DNA of 64,000 nucleotides from the human T2T-CHM13v2.0 reference genome, Homo sapiens. Shown here piece by piece: positions 12,159 through 26,945 of this stretch (positions are counted from its first letter, which is position 1; the number at the start of each line of letters is the position of its first letter). Made by a program: the position numbers and the translations under genes. The stretch lies in assembly GCF_009914755.1 (NCBI RefSeq), contig NC_060932.1. One strand, written 5' to 3'. The notes under the pieces were generated by a model that made no database searches, was not told the origin of the DNA, and saw only the letters and a program-made list of their open reading frames with translations.

Positions 12159-15100
12159 GTAAGATTTATTGTCAGGGCCTGGGATACTGATATAGAAGAT
12201 TAAGTTTGAAATGTCAACCTTTACTTAGGGGAGGAAGGGAAAGATTCATTTCTAAGTGACTCAATGCAACTTCAAACTTTTGAACTAAAGTGAAAATCCA
12301 GGATCAACTTGTGACTATGATTAGCAGATTTGGAAAGATTTCCTGGAATCGTTGAAAGGAAGTTTGCTCCGTCAATGTCATCAGGGTTAGGGATTTACTA
12401 GACCTAAAATTCTATACTGTCAAGTTGATGGCCTGGGCTGAAGAAGTTTTAGAAGGAGGTAATTCCAAGTTGCTGAGGAAGGAATTTAGCTTTTTGGCAA
12501 GAATTAATAGGGACTTATCAAGGAATAAGGTGCGTAGAAATGGTTATACTTAAGTTTGGGGCACAATGGGCGTGGGGCTAAGAAAGATCTCACATGTATC
12601 ATTAGGCTCATGAAAATCATTCAGAGACTTTTCTGCAGCACAGCATATTGCTAGTTCCTTCCAGCCCTCCCTTCGCTAATTCTATTTTCAGATCTAAGCT
12701 AATATGCACATATTTATCTTCCTCAAGAGACGCCACTGTCTCAGCAATTAATAAAATAATTGCTTATTGAAGAAAGATATCTGTTTCTGGTATTGCCAGA
12801 ATCACTTGTGACCTCATAGGGATGTTGATCAGAGCCTTATATTCTAAGGCCAAGGACAGGGGTGTGAGTTTTGTATGGGCCACTTCCCAAAATCTGCATC
12901 ATTGTTCTTATACTACATGCGTGTAGGTTTCGTATTAAATATGAGTCCTTGGTCACAGTAGCAATAACTGACAATGGTTACAATGGTGCAGATCATCTGC
13001 TCCTGGAAAAACAAAGTCTATGCCCTCCAGATTAATGGAATCACCTCCAAAACCCCTGCATTGTATCTCTGCATTCGTATTTGTTGTATAAGTAGGAGGG
13101 ATGTTTTTCTTGGGCAGTAAGTCCCCTGTAAAAATGAGAGTAAGATGGTCATAACCATTTCATATGGGGAGCTTATCTTTTTAAAAATGTTAAAGTTATA
13201 AAAACTTCAAAGATATGTACATATCAAATTATATCACTAATATTAGACACAAATTTTTTTTCTCATTCTCTTGTTGCCACACTCCTTTCATATATCAGTG
13301 TGTCTCGACAAAAGCATATTTTACAAAAGTACGAGATACACTTTCTTCATCTGCTAAGCACTGCATGATACACCTGCTAGGACTCAATAAATGTTTGTTT
13401 AAAAATGACTCATTAAATTGACCCAATATGTTTTTTCCTTACTTTTCTCCCATCTCATTATAGTCCTACAAAATTAGTTCTGCATTGTGGCTTTTGCAAT
13501 CCGTATTTTACCAGGCTGTGCGTAGTTGAGATTGTTTGCAAAGGGCATTGAGTAACCTGCCAGTTCTGAGAAGTTTCTGACGTATGTTTTTCTAATTACT
13601 CAAAAGCAAATGAATGCTTGACAAATGGGATCTTTGTCTTTTTTCCCCAGAGTAACATGGAGAACCTGACTACCCATAAAATACTTTTCATCTTTAATGG
13701 GAAAGAAGTAATTTGCCTACACAGACCTCCCCCCAACCCCTCCAAAAAAGAAAAAAAAATAGGACAGAAGCAGTAGAAATCATATCTTATGTGATTAAAG
13801 CTGTGCATTTCTATAAGCAGTCCTGCTTCCTGTGTAATCTGGAGTGAATTAAATTCAATTTCGTATTGAAGAGATGACCATCACTAATTTATTCATTTTG
13901 GGTAGCTTAATAATAAAAGCTTTTACTGTTTTAACGTTTTCACAGGAGGTTTGTTTATTGGTCGACTTGCTTATTCTTTTATTTTTATGCTGTTTTTTCT
14001 TTAGAAATTTCACAAATAACATCATAATCACAGTACCAGGAAAAAAGGATTTAAAAAAAGTTTACCCACAATCCTATTAGCCCCCGAATCTGTCCTTTGT
14101 TTTCCTTGCTTCCTTCCAGATCCTTTCTCTTTAAATATGCAATAGTCGTAGAATTTATATCTTTTTCTCATAAAAGTCAAGGTTAATTAAGTACTCCACC
14201 ATGGGCATGTTTTATTTGGTTAAATGACAAATGGGTATGTTTATCAGTTGTGTTCCCGGAGTTGTATATGACATGTCTCATTTTCAAGTGATCTTAAATC
14301 GTTAATGAACTTCAGTGGGTCTTTGTTTCTGAGCACTTTTCAGTTGGCAGTGGTTCCTACTCCTTGATCTTTGTACATCTCTGTATAAAAATGCTTAAAT
14401 ATTACAGAAGCTCAGCATTTAGTAACTACCTTTCCCATCCCTCCTGGCCCCCTCAGTTGGTTTTTATATAACTTTTTGCTTCTCAATTCTTTTTAAGCAG
14501 AACACTTATCTTCTAGATATATGAGAAAGGGCTATTTAAGGGTTAGCCAGTGGTAGAAATTGATAAACATTTGATTTATGGAAGCATTGATAGGTTTTGA
14601 CGTTGAAAACCTGAATATGGGCAAAACTGGAGATGTCAACGTCTTTGCAGATTTTCCCATAAGCATTTGTGAAGTGCCATGCTTTGGCACTCTGTCAGGT
14701 TGGCACAGAAGATACTGAAGATGTGTGAAAGTTTGTTTTTATCATCAAGGAACGTGTCCTCTATTTTTTATTTCTCCTTAGGCTTTTCTTCATATTCTTT
14801 GACTTACCTGCTTTCACTATTGGAAGCTTGTATTTATATTTATATTGATGTGTGGATAATGTTCCTCAGTTATTTCCTCATCTGTTGACTTATATGTTTT
14901 GGTAGACAATCCCATGTACAGCTCTTTCATTTTTGATATTTCTTTTGCATATAAGTTGTACATATTCATTGGAGACAAATTAGAAATAGGTATTAGCAAT
15001 GTAACATATGAAATACAGAGAAGAACCCACCATCTAAATATAATTACTGTTGATATTTTGAATGTTTTGCTTTAAGTCTTTTTACTGTAATATATGCCTA

Positions 15101-15604
15101 TGTATTTTTTCTTAACTAATATTCACACCTTGTTTTATAACCTGATTTTTTTTCAGTGTTAGATTGTTTAGGCTTGCAGGAGGTGGGGAGTGTGACTTTT
15201 TGTCTACTTTATTCATTCCATTTTTAAAAGAACATAGAATAATATTTGGCATGGACTTTGGACTTATTTATCTAGAAATCTCAAATATAATAAGCATGTG
15301 TATTTTAGTACAAATTCATACTTAAAGCATAGTTGAATAGCAGTTTTAGATTTCAGCAGGCCTTGAGAGGTGATTTTTTAAAAATTCTAAAAAGTTCACA
15401 TCTGCTTCACATTCATTGTTTAAAATGAAAACAGAGAAGCTCACACATGCTTGATAAAGCTGTAGAATACGTAATGATTAAGTTTTTATGTGCTTTTAGA
15501 TGATAGCTAAGTCCTGTAAGGCTAGAGACCCCATCTATGTAAGAGATCATTCTACACATATTCCCAGCACAATTCCTGGTATTTAGTAAGGCCTGAAAAA
15601 TCTG

Positions 15605-15991
<387 letters not shown>

Positions 15992-16042
15992 TTAGCCATC
16001 TCTTGAAATATATTTCTATCAACATATCCTTAGGAAATTTTT

Positions 16043-16269
<227 letters not shown>

Positions 16270-16425
16270 CTATATTCCTTTGCTTGCCACATAAGCCATT
16301 TATTGCAGTCTCTTATAAAGGGACATGTATGCTACAGGAAATTGAACTACAGGAAATTCGAGGCTCTGGTTATTAAACCTTCCTTCTGACTGCTCTGGGT
16401 CACTGCATCTCTTCTAACAAGTGAA

Positions 16426-16468
<43 letters not shown>
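16426..16468. repeat. (AC)n microsatellite
   Basis: Interrupted AC run ending ~85 nt upstream of acceptor 16554. Confidence 0.95.
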
Positions 16469-16470
<2 letters not shown>

Positions 16471-16575
16471 CTCTAATTGTGCCTGGAAGCTAGGTTACCA
16501 AAGGGAGGGATGACAATTCCAGATCAGCTTCTAACCTCCTCCCTTCTGCTCAGGTCGCCTTCGTCAGACGTCAGA

Positions 16576-16951
16576 ATGATTCCTTGCAGAGCCGCGCTGA
16601 CCTTTGCCCGATGTCTGATCCGGAGAAAAATCGTGACCCTGGACAGTCTAGAAGACACCAAATTATGCCGCTGCTTATCCACCATGGACCTCATTGCCCT
16701 GGGCGTTGGAAGCACCCTTGGGGCCGGGGTTTATGTCCTCGCTGGGGAGGTGGCCAAGGCAGACTCGGGCCCCAGCATCGTGGTGTCCTTCCTCATTGCT
16801 GCCCTGGCTTCAGTGATGGCTGGCCTCTGCTATGCCGAATTTGGGGCCCGTGTTCCCAAGACGGGGTCTGCATATTTGTACACCTACGTGACTGTCGGAG
16901 AGCTGTGGGCCTTCATCACTGGCTGGAATCTCATTTTATCGTATGTGATAG
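16576..16951 (+). CDS. SLC7A2: SLC7A2/CAT-2 first common coding exon (exon starts 16554; main ATG 16576; codons 1-125)
   Basis: [20 protein letters not shown]...[20 protein letters not shown]...[10 protein letters not shown] (APC-family TM1 GSTLGAG motif); acceptor cttctgctcag|, donor G|GTATGT. Confidence 0.98.
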
Positions 16952-17112
16952 GTATGTTTCAAAAAGAAATCTAACTTGTGTGGAATGGAAGAAATCGCAG
17001 CCCTGAGTCACAGCCCTTAGGTTCAGTTGTAGGTGTTGGGTACATCACTTGATGTCTGTGTGTCTCATTTTTGTCATCTCGAAAATGTCTCCTAATTACA
17101 AAATTCTGTGGG

Positions 17113-17402
17113 TTTTTTTTAAGACAGTCTCACTCTGTCGCCCAGGCTTGAAGTGCAGTGGCGTGATCTCAGCTCGCTGCAACCTCCGCCTCCTGGCTTC
17201 AAGCGATTCTCCTGCTTCAGCCTCCTGAGTAGCTGGGATTACAGGCACCTGCCACCATGCCTGGCTAATTTTTTGCATTTTTAGTAAAGACGGGGTTTCA
17301 CCATGTTGACCAAGCTGGTCTCGAACTCCTGACCTCAGGTGATCCACTCACCTTGGCCTCCCAAAGTGCTGGGATTGCAGGTGTGAGCCACGGCACCCGG
17401 CC
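17113..17402 (-). mobile_element. Alu
   Basis: Reverse consensus; TSD acaaaattctgtg. Confidence 0.92.
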
Positions 17403-17683
17403 ACAAAATTCTGTGATTTTTGCTTCATCTCTGACTATGCCTTTTAGTGGGCTTGCAAACTTTTTAAGTTATAATTCTTTATTGCAAATAAAGTTACCTG
17501 ATTCCAGAGTTATGGATTTGAACATTTGATGACTACTGTATGATTATAAATATCCAGATACTGTATATGTGATTAAAATTTTCAATCTTTTGTGAACTCA
17601 TATTTATCCTATAATAGAGTAGCAAATGATGCTACTTTAATTTGCCCCCAGTGACTTCGTATTCTCTGTTCTGTTTTGGGAAG

Positions 17684-17839
17684 GTACATCAAGTGTTGCA
17701 AGAGCCTGGAGTGGCACCTTTGATGAACTTCTTAGCAAACAGATTGGTCAGTTTTTGAGGACATACTTCAGAATGAATTACACTGGTCTTGCAGAATATC
17801 CCGATTTTTTTGCTGTGTGCCTTATATTACTTCTAGCAG
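17684..17839 (+). CDS. SLC7A2: SLC7A2 coding exon (156 nt)
   Basis: [17 protein letters not shown]...[22 protein letters not shown]; aag|gt acceptor, G|GTAAGA donor; phase 1-1; sequon N157. Confidence 0.97.
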
Positions 17840-18630
17840 GTAAGAAAACCAGTTATGAGTCTCTGCAGAATGAGCCACACTATTTGTCTCAGGAAAATAG
17901 GTTACTTCTGAATTTGGGGCCTGAGTTCCCAAGATGAGATTAGTATATTTACACATTTATGTCACTGTTAGACATCTGTGGGGTTTATCACTGGCTGGAA
18001 TCACATTTTAACCTAAGTCTAAATTGTGTGCAATGGTAAAAATAGCACTTCTGAGTAAATGGCACCTGGTACACACTAAATAATAGGATGAGGACATTGA
18101 TTTTTTAAATCGTTAATTGCAGGTTTGCAGGAATAGCGGTGGTTTCAGTAAGGAAGAATGTGTAATTTCTTGGCATTATTTCATCTTGCTAGATACAACT
18201 AGGGATATTTGCAATTTCTAGAAGAATTTCTGTTTTTCTGACATGGCTTCATCTATATAATGTAGGCCTTTGATTGTAAAGGAAGCAAGTTCTAATCACC
18301 TGTCATTTTGTAATGTCGACATTATATAGGCAAACATACTTAGTACTAGGATTTTCCAGTTTTTGTCAGTATTGTAGCATAGTGGTTTTAGGAGGCACAG
18401 GAATTCTAATAACCACATTTCAATCCTGCTGTGCCACTCACTCTGCTTTAGAACATAGAACAATTTATTTAATCTTTCCCTCACTCGTACATAAAATGAG
18501 GGCATCAGTGTCTGCCTCCTACAGCCTTCTCGTTTGGTTCCTAGTAAGCACTCACGTGGTGGCTGATTTTATTTCATAGGCATAGCTAATCCCTGCTCTG
18601 TCTCCTTATATTTGTTTTAACTATTTGAAC

Positions 18631-18943
<313 letters not shown>

Positions 18944-20332
18944 TGAGTCTCCTTCTTACCTGCAGTCCTGCTTATGTCCATCAAGGATTGCCCTAAGAGT
19001 AAAAACCATGTCTGTTCCTACTTCTTCCTTGCTTTACCCTGGGCAGTCTGCCTCATGCTTTCTTCTCTGACCTTATCTCTGTTTTCTCCCTTGTTAGAAG
19101 AGTGAGACAGAAATATCTTTCTCTTTTGAAATGTTTACTCAAAAATTATATAATTTTAAAAATAGCTTTACCCTTTAAAAAGTGAGTCATTAATCAAATG
19201 TTTTACATACGGATAGGGATAAGAACATGAACAAAGTGCGTAGATCTAAAATGTTTTGCATTTTGAGTCTAATGTCAAGAGAAGTTGCACCAATTGTTTT
19301 TCAACAAAGAATTGATTTTTGTTTTGGTTTCTAAGCAGTCTAGCTTAGAAATAGAAACCAGTCTAGCGTTAAATTATTTCCATCATATTTTATTTAGGGA
19401 TCATTTTAATGAACTTAAAATATTCAACTTTAATCTCTAAATGACGAAGAGCATGTAGCTGTGACACAATTAGAACATAGTTTAATTCCACAGCAAGACT
19501 CAGGTCTTGGCTCATTTGTCCTGTGTTCATTCACCATCATATCTTTCCTTTAATTATAGGTGAAGCTTATGTTTTAACTTTGTTCTTAGAATCTCTGAAG
19601 ATCAAAACCTCCTATGTAAATCCCTATTCATATCGTAACACCAAATGTCTTTTTACGTGAAGCCGTTGTTTTACTAAAGATACACGGGAAGTGTATGCTC
19701 TGCTTAGATGAGATATTCATTGGTGTCTAATCTTCCGGTGGGAGATGAGACCTCAGAGTAGACAGTGCATATATGCTGTTGGGAAACTTACATGAAATAT
19801 AAAGGTGGCTTTGTTATTCTCTGAGGTATATAGCAGTGGTTCCTAACCTAACTTACAATTACAGAGTCAGGAATTGTGTTGACCATACAGCTTTCCTTTA
19901 TATGGTTAATATATGATTCTAGGAATTACACAGGTAGAAATAAAATTCAAGTTCTTTCATCTCTGCTTGGAAAAATTTGCTTTTTTGATGGTGGGTGGTA
20001 TAGATACGGGGAACAAACAACTAAATCTGTGGCATCATCTTTTCACAGCAATCATTTGCTCAATGGTAAAAGATAAACTTTCTTAGGTCCGTAATTCAAA
20101 TCTTATACCAGATGGGTTAAAGATATACATATGATAAATATAATTAGAAAAATACTAGAAGGAAGCAAAGTAGGTGTTTTGGGTTAATGTTTAAGAGATT
20201 TTTTTCAAGGTAGAAACTAAAAAGGGAAAATTTATTTTTCAGTCTGATAACTTTTCTACATGTACATAATCTGTTGTACATGGCAGGTAGAGAGCTTATG
20301 GCATTAATATATAAATAAATTTTATAAATCAA

Positions 20333-20693
20333 TGTATTAGTCCATTTTCATACTGCTATGAAGAAATACCCAAGACTTGGTAATTTATGAAGAAAAAGAG
20401 GTTTAATGGACTCACAGTTCCACATGGTTGGGGAGGCCTCACAGTCATGGTGGAAGGTGACCGAGTAGGGAAAGAACGTCTCACGGGGTGTCAGGCAAGA
20501 GAGCATGTGCAGGGGAACTGCCCTTTATAAAACCATCAGATCTCATGAGGTGTATTCAGTATCATGAGAACAGCACAGAAAACCTGCCCCCATGATTCAG
20601 TTACCTCCCACTGGGTCCCTCCCATGATACATGGGGATTATGGGAGTTACAATTCAAGATGAGATTTGGGTGGGGACACAGCCAAATCATATA
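20333..20693 (-). mobile_element. THE1 solo LTR (MaLR)
   Basis: tgtattagtccattttcatactgct ... gggacacagccaaatcatat; 5-bp TSD atcaa. Confidence 0.9.
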
Positions 20694-21012
20694 ATCAATA
20701 TGAATAGAATATCCTAATAGAAAAAATAGATACTTTAAATTGAGCCAAACTTTCCAGAGAATATTTTGATAATAGGAACCAACAGTCCATATCTTTGATG
20801 CAGTATTACTTTGCAGAAAATTGTTGTATAGAAGTAAATGGAAAGTGTAGAAAGATATTTATAAAAGAATTATTATGTCAGTGCTATTTATAATTGTAAC
20901 AAACAAAGAGTGATCTAATTGTCTATAAATAAGGGATGAATTAAAGTGTAGTACCTCAATATAGTCGAAGATTATGCAGCTGTTAAAAATGAGATTATAT
21001 ATTTACTGGCAC

Positions 21013-21018
<6 letters not shown>

Positions 21019-21058
<40 letters not shown>
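21019..21058. repeat. (GT)n microsatellite
   Basis: About 20 uninterrupted GT units. Confidence 0.95.
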
Positions 21059-21060
<2 letters not shown>

Positions 21061-21291
21061 ACAAAATTTGGGAGGGAAAAGCACGGTTGATCTTTTTATA
21101 TTTTTTTCTGTGTCTTCAAAGTACTTGAATAGAAATTGATCACTTTTGCAATCAGAATATACAGCTATTAAAATGAGAATAGGTTTAACAAAGTACTTTT
21201 TTGGCACAATTGAAGTATTATCTTTGTTTATGTATTTTGTGTGCATGGCAGACAAATGTTTTAGCGTTTACTTTTTAAAAGTTCGCAACTG

Positions 21292-21614
<323 letters not shown>

Positions 21615-21912
21615 TTAGATGTTACTTTACCTATCACTGGCAAAGATGGCCAAAGTTACTAGATTTATGTTTCTTAGAAAGTGTAGTGTCTTCTATGAGC
21701 ATGACCTGCCTCCGAAATTGAGTTGGTTGCATTCAGAAGACATTTCAGAATTAGGTAATTAACTAATGAGTAAGAACTAGCAGTAGAGGTAGATAGATGG
21801 AAATTAAAGACATGAATGCTGGTGAAATAATATCCTAAAGTCATGTATTTGCCTCAAAATGCTATTGCCTTTCCTAAAGCTAAATAAAAATTGAAATGCC
21901 CTTTTTCCGTAG

Positions 21913-22078
21913 GTCTTTTGTCTTTTGGAGTAAAAGAGTCTGCTTGGGTGAATAAAGTCTTCACAGCTGTTAATATTCTCGTCCTTCTGTTTGTGATGGT
22001 TGCTGGGTTTGTGAAAGGAAATGTGGCAAACTGGAAGATTAGTGAAGAGTTTCTCAAAAATATATCAGCAAGTGCCAG
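21913..22078 (+). CDS. SLC7A2: SLC7A2 coding exon (166 nt)
   Basis: [18 protein letters not shown]...NISASAR; ttccgtag| acceptor, AG|GTAAAA donor; sequon N227. Confidence 0.97.
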
Positions 22079-22136
22079 GTAAAATATTTGAGGTTTTTTT
22101 TTTCTCCTTCTTGTTTAAGAAAATATTTTAAGTGGG

Positions 22137-22495
22137 TGTATTAGTTCATTTTTACTCTGCTAATAAAGACATACCCATGACTGGGTAATTTATAAGGAAA
22201 AAGAGATTTAATGGACTCACAGTTCCACATGGCTGGGGAAGCCTCACAATCGTGGCGGAAGGTGAAAGGCATGTCTCACATGGTGGCAGACAAGAGGAGA
22301 GAACTTGTGCAGGGAAACTCTCCCTTATAAAACCATCAGCTCTTGTGAGACCCACTCACCATCACAAGAACAGCACGGGAAAGACCTGCCCCCATGATTC
22401 AACCACCTCCCACTGGGTCCCTGCCACAACACATGGGAACTGTGGGAGCCACAATCCAAGATGAGATTGGGTGGGGACACAGCCAAACCATACCA
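22137..22495 (-). mobile_element. THE1 solo LTR
   Basis: tgtattagttcatttttactctgctaataaagacatacc ... gggacacagccaaaccatacca. Confidence 0.9.
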
Positions 22496-23534
22496 GAAGG
22501 CATTTGTGGGTTTTCTTCTAGAGCAGTGGTTCTCAAATTTCTTGCTTCTGAGACCCTTCTGAGAGACTGTTCCATTCCAAGACCCCTCTTCCCAGATTCC
22601 CTTCAAACTTAAAGGTATAGGTATGCTCCTTTTGGAGCAACTGTGTGAACCCATGCAGCTGCTGGTTCCCAGCCTCAAGCTCTGCTCCGGGTTTAGGGAA
22701 AGAGCAAGGGAAGATCCTAACCATTGGAAAAACTTGATCTTTTCCCCCCAGCAGTTTGCCACCACTAAATAACAATGAGTATTTTTGAGTCCTGCATCCT
22801 TTAGTTCTTCCTTCAGGACCACCATTCAGTTTTATTGTATTCTCTTAATGCTTTAGTAATCTTCAGACCTTGTTTTTTGGAGAATGTTGTTAGTTGCACA
22901 AGCAGACATAAGATTACACAAATATCTATTGCATGGAATGGGGTACACCTGTATGTTTTTCTTGACAGAGGTTGTTTAGTCATTCCAATAAGGGAAAAAA
23001 TTGGTATCCTATAAACTTACATAGTTTTTAACATATAATAAAATATTCAATTTCATTATTATCAATCAAGACTAGGAAGTTTTGTTTCGTGTTTTTAAAT
23101 GTCTTCTTAGGGAATGTTAGAGACATATACTCTGCCTTACTCGATGCTTTATGAATTGAAGAATGAATTCTCCTAAGAATAAGCATCCATGAGAAGAAGA
23201 GGTTTCTGGTCTTTGTCCCAGAGCATGGCTCGTATGTGGAATCTCTGCTCTCAAAATCCTCCCTGGCTGTGGGTTCAGCTGGAGCAGGTCTGGGGCTTCT
23301 ACATGTGCTATCAATCAGCCTGTAATTGGGTGTCAGTGACACAGGAGGGTCACTGTTAGTGGCACCACCACATTCTGTAGCACAGGGTGAGAGAGTAAAG
23401 TTTTAATTTTATGTATATCATCTTCAAAGAGCTAATAAACACAACCACCTTCCAAGGATATAGTCTGAGAAAAGTCACCAGAAGGAGAGTTTTCTGTCAA
23501 AGTGACTTTCCAATGTGTTTGTTCTCTTTCTTAG

Positions 23535-23668
23535 AGAGCCACCTTCTGAAAACGGAACAAGTATCTATGGGGCTGGTGGCTTTATGCCTTATGGCTTTAC
23601 GGGAACGTTGGCTGGTGCTGCAACTTGCTTTTATGCCTTTGTGGGATTTGACTGCATTGCAACAACTG
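23535..23668 (+). CDS. SLC7A2: SLC7A2 coding exon (134 nt)
   Basis: [44 protein letters not shown] (TM6 FYAFVGFD motif); cttag| acceptor, G|GTAAGA donor. Confidence 0.97.
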
Positions 23669-24551
23669 GTAAGAGCAGTGTCTTGGCTCAGTGTAGAAGG
23701 AGTGTTCCTTGTTGTGCACGAGTACCCGTGTGTGGTAGCAGAGGGTCCAGGAAAGAGAGAGGGATTTCGGGTAAGAAGGGCACTAGTTCCAGGCCCAGCT
23801 GTGACACGTGCTGCTGATGATAAAAAGAAAGAATGCAACTCTCTGCCCTTGGTTTCCAGTTAGTAAGTTTGGGAGAGCAATTCCTACTCTTCAAATAGTA
23901 GGAAGATTACCTAAAATAATGCATATGAAAAATACTTTGCCAGCTGTTGATTACTTTATAAATGTGAGTCATTATTACCATCCCTAACCTTCAGTCCAGA
24001 AGTGCTGTCACATGGGCCATACATGATGATCATGTTCTTAAATGGTCTCTTTGTTAGTGGGAGAAAAAATATTGTGTCAGTTCTTTCTATGTTATCTTAT
24101 ACAACATCATAATCATGCCGGAGTCACTCTCTAAATGCCTCCTCTATTTTTACGTCATAGTGTGGCCATACAATTGACCACATTTTGAGTATTCAGTCTC
24201 ATTAGTGTACAAAGTATACTGTTTTTTAAATTGAAATTAGAACTTTGTACAAATAGGTGAAATAACTTCATCTGAAGCCTTGATACTTAAGGGCCTACCG
24301 AATGGCACAGCAGTCATTTAATCTCTGTAGATGAATCATTTTCCAAATGGATTAAGACTGCTATTCTATCGCTGAACACTTAGTAGTGCTGCTATGTTAC
24401 GGGTTTTGGTTGGTTGGTTGGTTTTTTTCTTTCCTGGCGATAGGAAACTGACTGGCATGACTTCTCCTCTTCTCCCTCTGGGAATCGGATTTTTACGTAA
24501 TAAGAAAGTACCTTCAAGAATAGAGGAAATTTCATGTAAAACAGATGGATC

Positions 24552-24860
24552 AGCTGGGCACAGTGGCTCACGCCTGTAATCCCAATCTTTGGGACATTGA
24601 GGAGGGTGGATCACTTGAGGCCAGGAATTAGAGACTAGACTGGCCAACATGGTGCAAACCATCTCTACTAAAATACAAAAATTAGCCAGGTGTGGTGGCG
24701 CACACCCGTGGTCCCAGCTACTCGGGAGGCTGAGGCAGGAGAATTGCTTGAACCTGGGAGGCGTGAGGTTGCAGTGAGTCAAGATCACGCCACTGCACTC
24801 CAGCCTGGGCAACAGAGCAAGACTCTGTCTCAAAAATAAGTAAAATAAAATGAAATAAAA
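24552..24860 (+). mobile_element. Alu
   Basis: Alu consensus with (TAAAA)n tail. Confidence 0.9.
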
Positions 24861-24997
24861 TAGATGGACCAAGATAAGAAAAGGGACAAAAGCAGAGGAG
24901 AACTACCCTGGAGAAGAGGAAGAATTTCACACAATTTAATTTCTTTACCTGTTGATGTTTTATTAAGCATACACATCTTTTGTTTATATTTCCTTAG

Positions 24998-25220
24998 GTG
25001 AAGAAGTTCGGAATCCCCAGAAAGCTATTCCCATTGGAATTGTGACGTCTTTGCTTGTTTGCTTTATGGCCTATTTTGGGGTCTCTGCAGCTTTAACACT
25101 TATGATGCCGTACTACCTCCTCGATGAAAAAAGCCCCCTTCCTGTAGCGTTTGAATATGTGGGATGGGGTCCTGCCAAATATGTCGTCGCAGCTGGTTCT
25201 CTCTGCGCCTTGTCAACAAG
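24998..25220 (+). CDS. SLC7A2: SLC7A2 coding exon (223 nt)
   Basis: [28 protein letters not shown]...[10 protein letters not shown]; ccttag| acceptor, AG|GTACAT donor (phase 2). Confidence 0.97.
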
Positions 25221-26205
25221 GTACATTGCATCGCCTTTGGGGCACGGGCTGTTTGGGACTCTACAAAGTAGTCAGTGTCTAAAAATTTGCTTTTGTCTGT
25301 TTAAAAAGTATCCTAATAGAAACAAAATATTATGCAACTTTGTATTTATTGATTGGCTTGCTCAGAATTTCCACATAAAAATCTTAAAGGATAAACTCCC
25401 CTGCTGTTAGTTGAGTCAGTTTTTTAAGATAGTGATGGTCCAGGCTTCAGTAGAAATACATATGGCATTGATACACACAGACACACACACACACACACAA
25501 ATATATCTGTGGCATGTAGTCATGTATATAGGCATTATGAAACTTCAGGATTCTTGTCCTAAAATCTTTCTCTATTGGCGTTGGTGATACTTGTAGTTCT
25601 TCAGACATCTGAGAATGTATGTACAGACCTTGCATTTGCCACACTCTGTTCAAGTAATACTGAGCCTGTGGGAGTGGACACTTATGCTCTGTCTTTTAAA
25701 AATATAATGTGCTTTTTATTGTGAAACATGGAGACTTTTTCTTCTTAGCACCAATCAGAGTGAAGTTGGTCTAGAAATAGAAATTATCATTCTTAAATAA
25801 ATGGTGGAAATTCATATAAATATGTGAAGGGAAAAGGGTCATTGAATCCCAAGTTTTCAGATTTTCAGTAGCTGCTTGTTTGAATACTTTAGAACTCATT
25901 TCCCAGGTTTCCTCAGCTACCCTTATTTCAATTAACATATGAGTCAGATATTTCGTTCTAGTTTTTTATCATGCCACATGGTAGAAGAGTCTTGCAAAGA
26001 GAAAATTAATCTTTTTGCCAGATTAGTAATTTTTTAACTGAAAATAAGGTTCTGAAAGTCTGAAACTAGAAAAAGAAGTCTTTTAGTGTAATTCACCAGC
26101 CTAGCTTTATTTTTCCCCTTCAAACTCCCTTTTATTTTCTAGTTAAGACAATATTGAGTAGCAATTAGACACTCTTGGTTTCTCAGCCATCTGCTAGTGT
26201 TGAGG

Positions 26206-26498
26206 TTTATTTATTTATTTGAGACAGGGTCTTGCTCTGTCAAGCAGGCTGAAGTGCAGAGCATAATCATAGTTCACTGAGGCTCGAACTCCTGGGTTCA
26301 AGTGATCTCCCCAGTTCAGCCTCCTGAGTAGCTAGGATACAGGCACGTAACACCATACCTGGTTAATTTTTTATTTTCTATAGAGAGGAGGTCTCGCTAA
26401 GTTCCCGAGGCTGGTCTTGAACTCCTGGGCTCAAGCTATCCTCTCACCTCAGCCTCCCAAAGTGTTGGGATTACAGGCATGAGCCACCACACCCGGCC
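26206..26498 (-). mobile_element. Alu (AluJ-like)
   Basis: Reverse consensus; flanked by ttgaggtttattt repeat. Confidence 0.9.
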
Positions 26499-26636
26499 TT
26501 GAGGTTTATTTTGAATAGCTTCAAGTAATTTCAAAAGTCTGAACTGTGAAGATACCGTGCTACCATGGCCTTAGAAGGGATGGACAAAGATTCATCTATG
26601 GCCAAGCTCAACAGAGCCTTATTAAAGATAAAGAAG

Positions 26637-26945
26637 GGCCAGGCACAGTGGTTCACTCTTGTAGTCCCAGCACTTTGGGACACCGAGGCGGGAGGATCAC
26701 TTACGGCAAAGAGTTCAAGACCAGCCTGGGCAACGTAGCAAGGCTCGGTCTCCACAAAAAATTCAAGAAATTAGCTGAGCATGGTGGCATGCGCCTTTAG
26801 TCCCAGTCCCAGTTACTTGAAAGACTGAGGTGGGAGGATCGCTTGAGCCCAGGAGTTTGAGGGCACAGTGAGCTATGATCGTACTACTGCACTCCATCCT
26901 GGGTGACAGAGTGAGTCCCTGTCGCAAATAAAATAAATAAATAAG
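26637..26945 (+). mobile_element. Alu (AluJ-like)
   Basis: Alu consensus with (AAAT)n tail; inverted relative to the Alu at 26206, 138 bp away. Confidence 0.9.

Noticed and set aside
16584-17006. 140-aa alternate-frame ORF and an antisense ORF over the first SLC7A2 coding exon
   Set aside because: Shadow ORFs of a GC-rich exon; non-ATG start; no recognisable domain
22325-22825. 166-aa minus-strand ORF
   Set aside because: Partly THE1 LTR sequence; no splice or domain support
23532-23538. TAGAGAG run of AGs at an acceptor
   Set aside because: Shifts are 2 or 4 nt (frameshifting), not an in-frame NAGNAG; only the first AG keeps the frame
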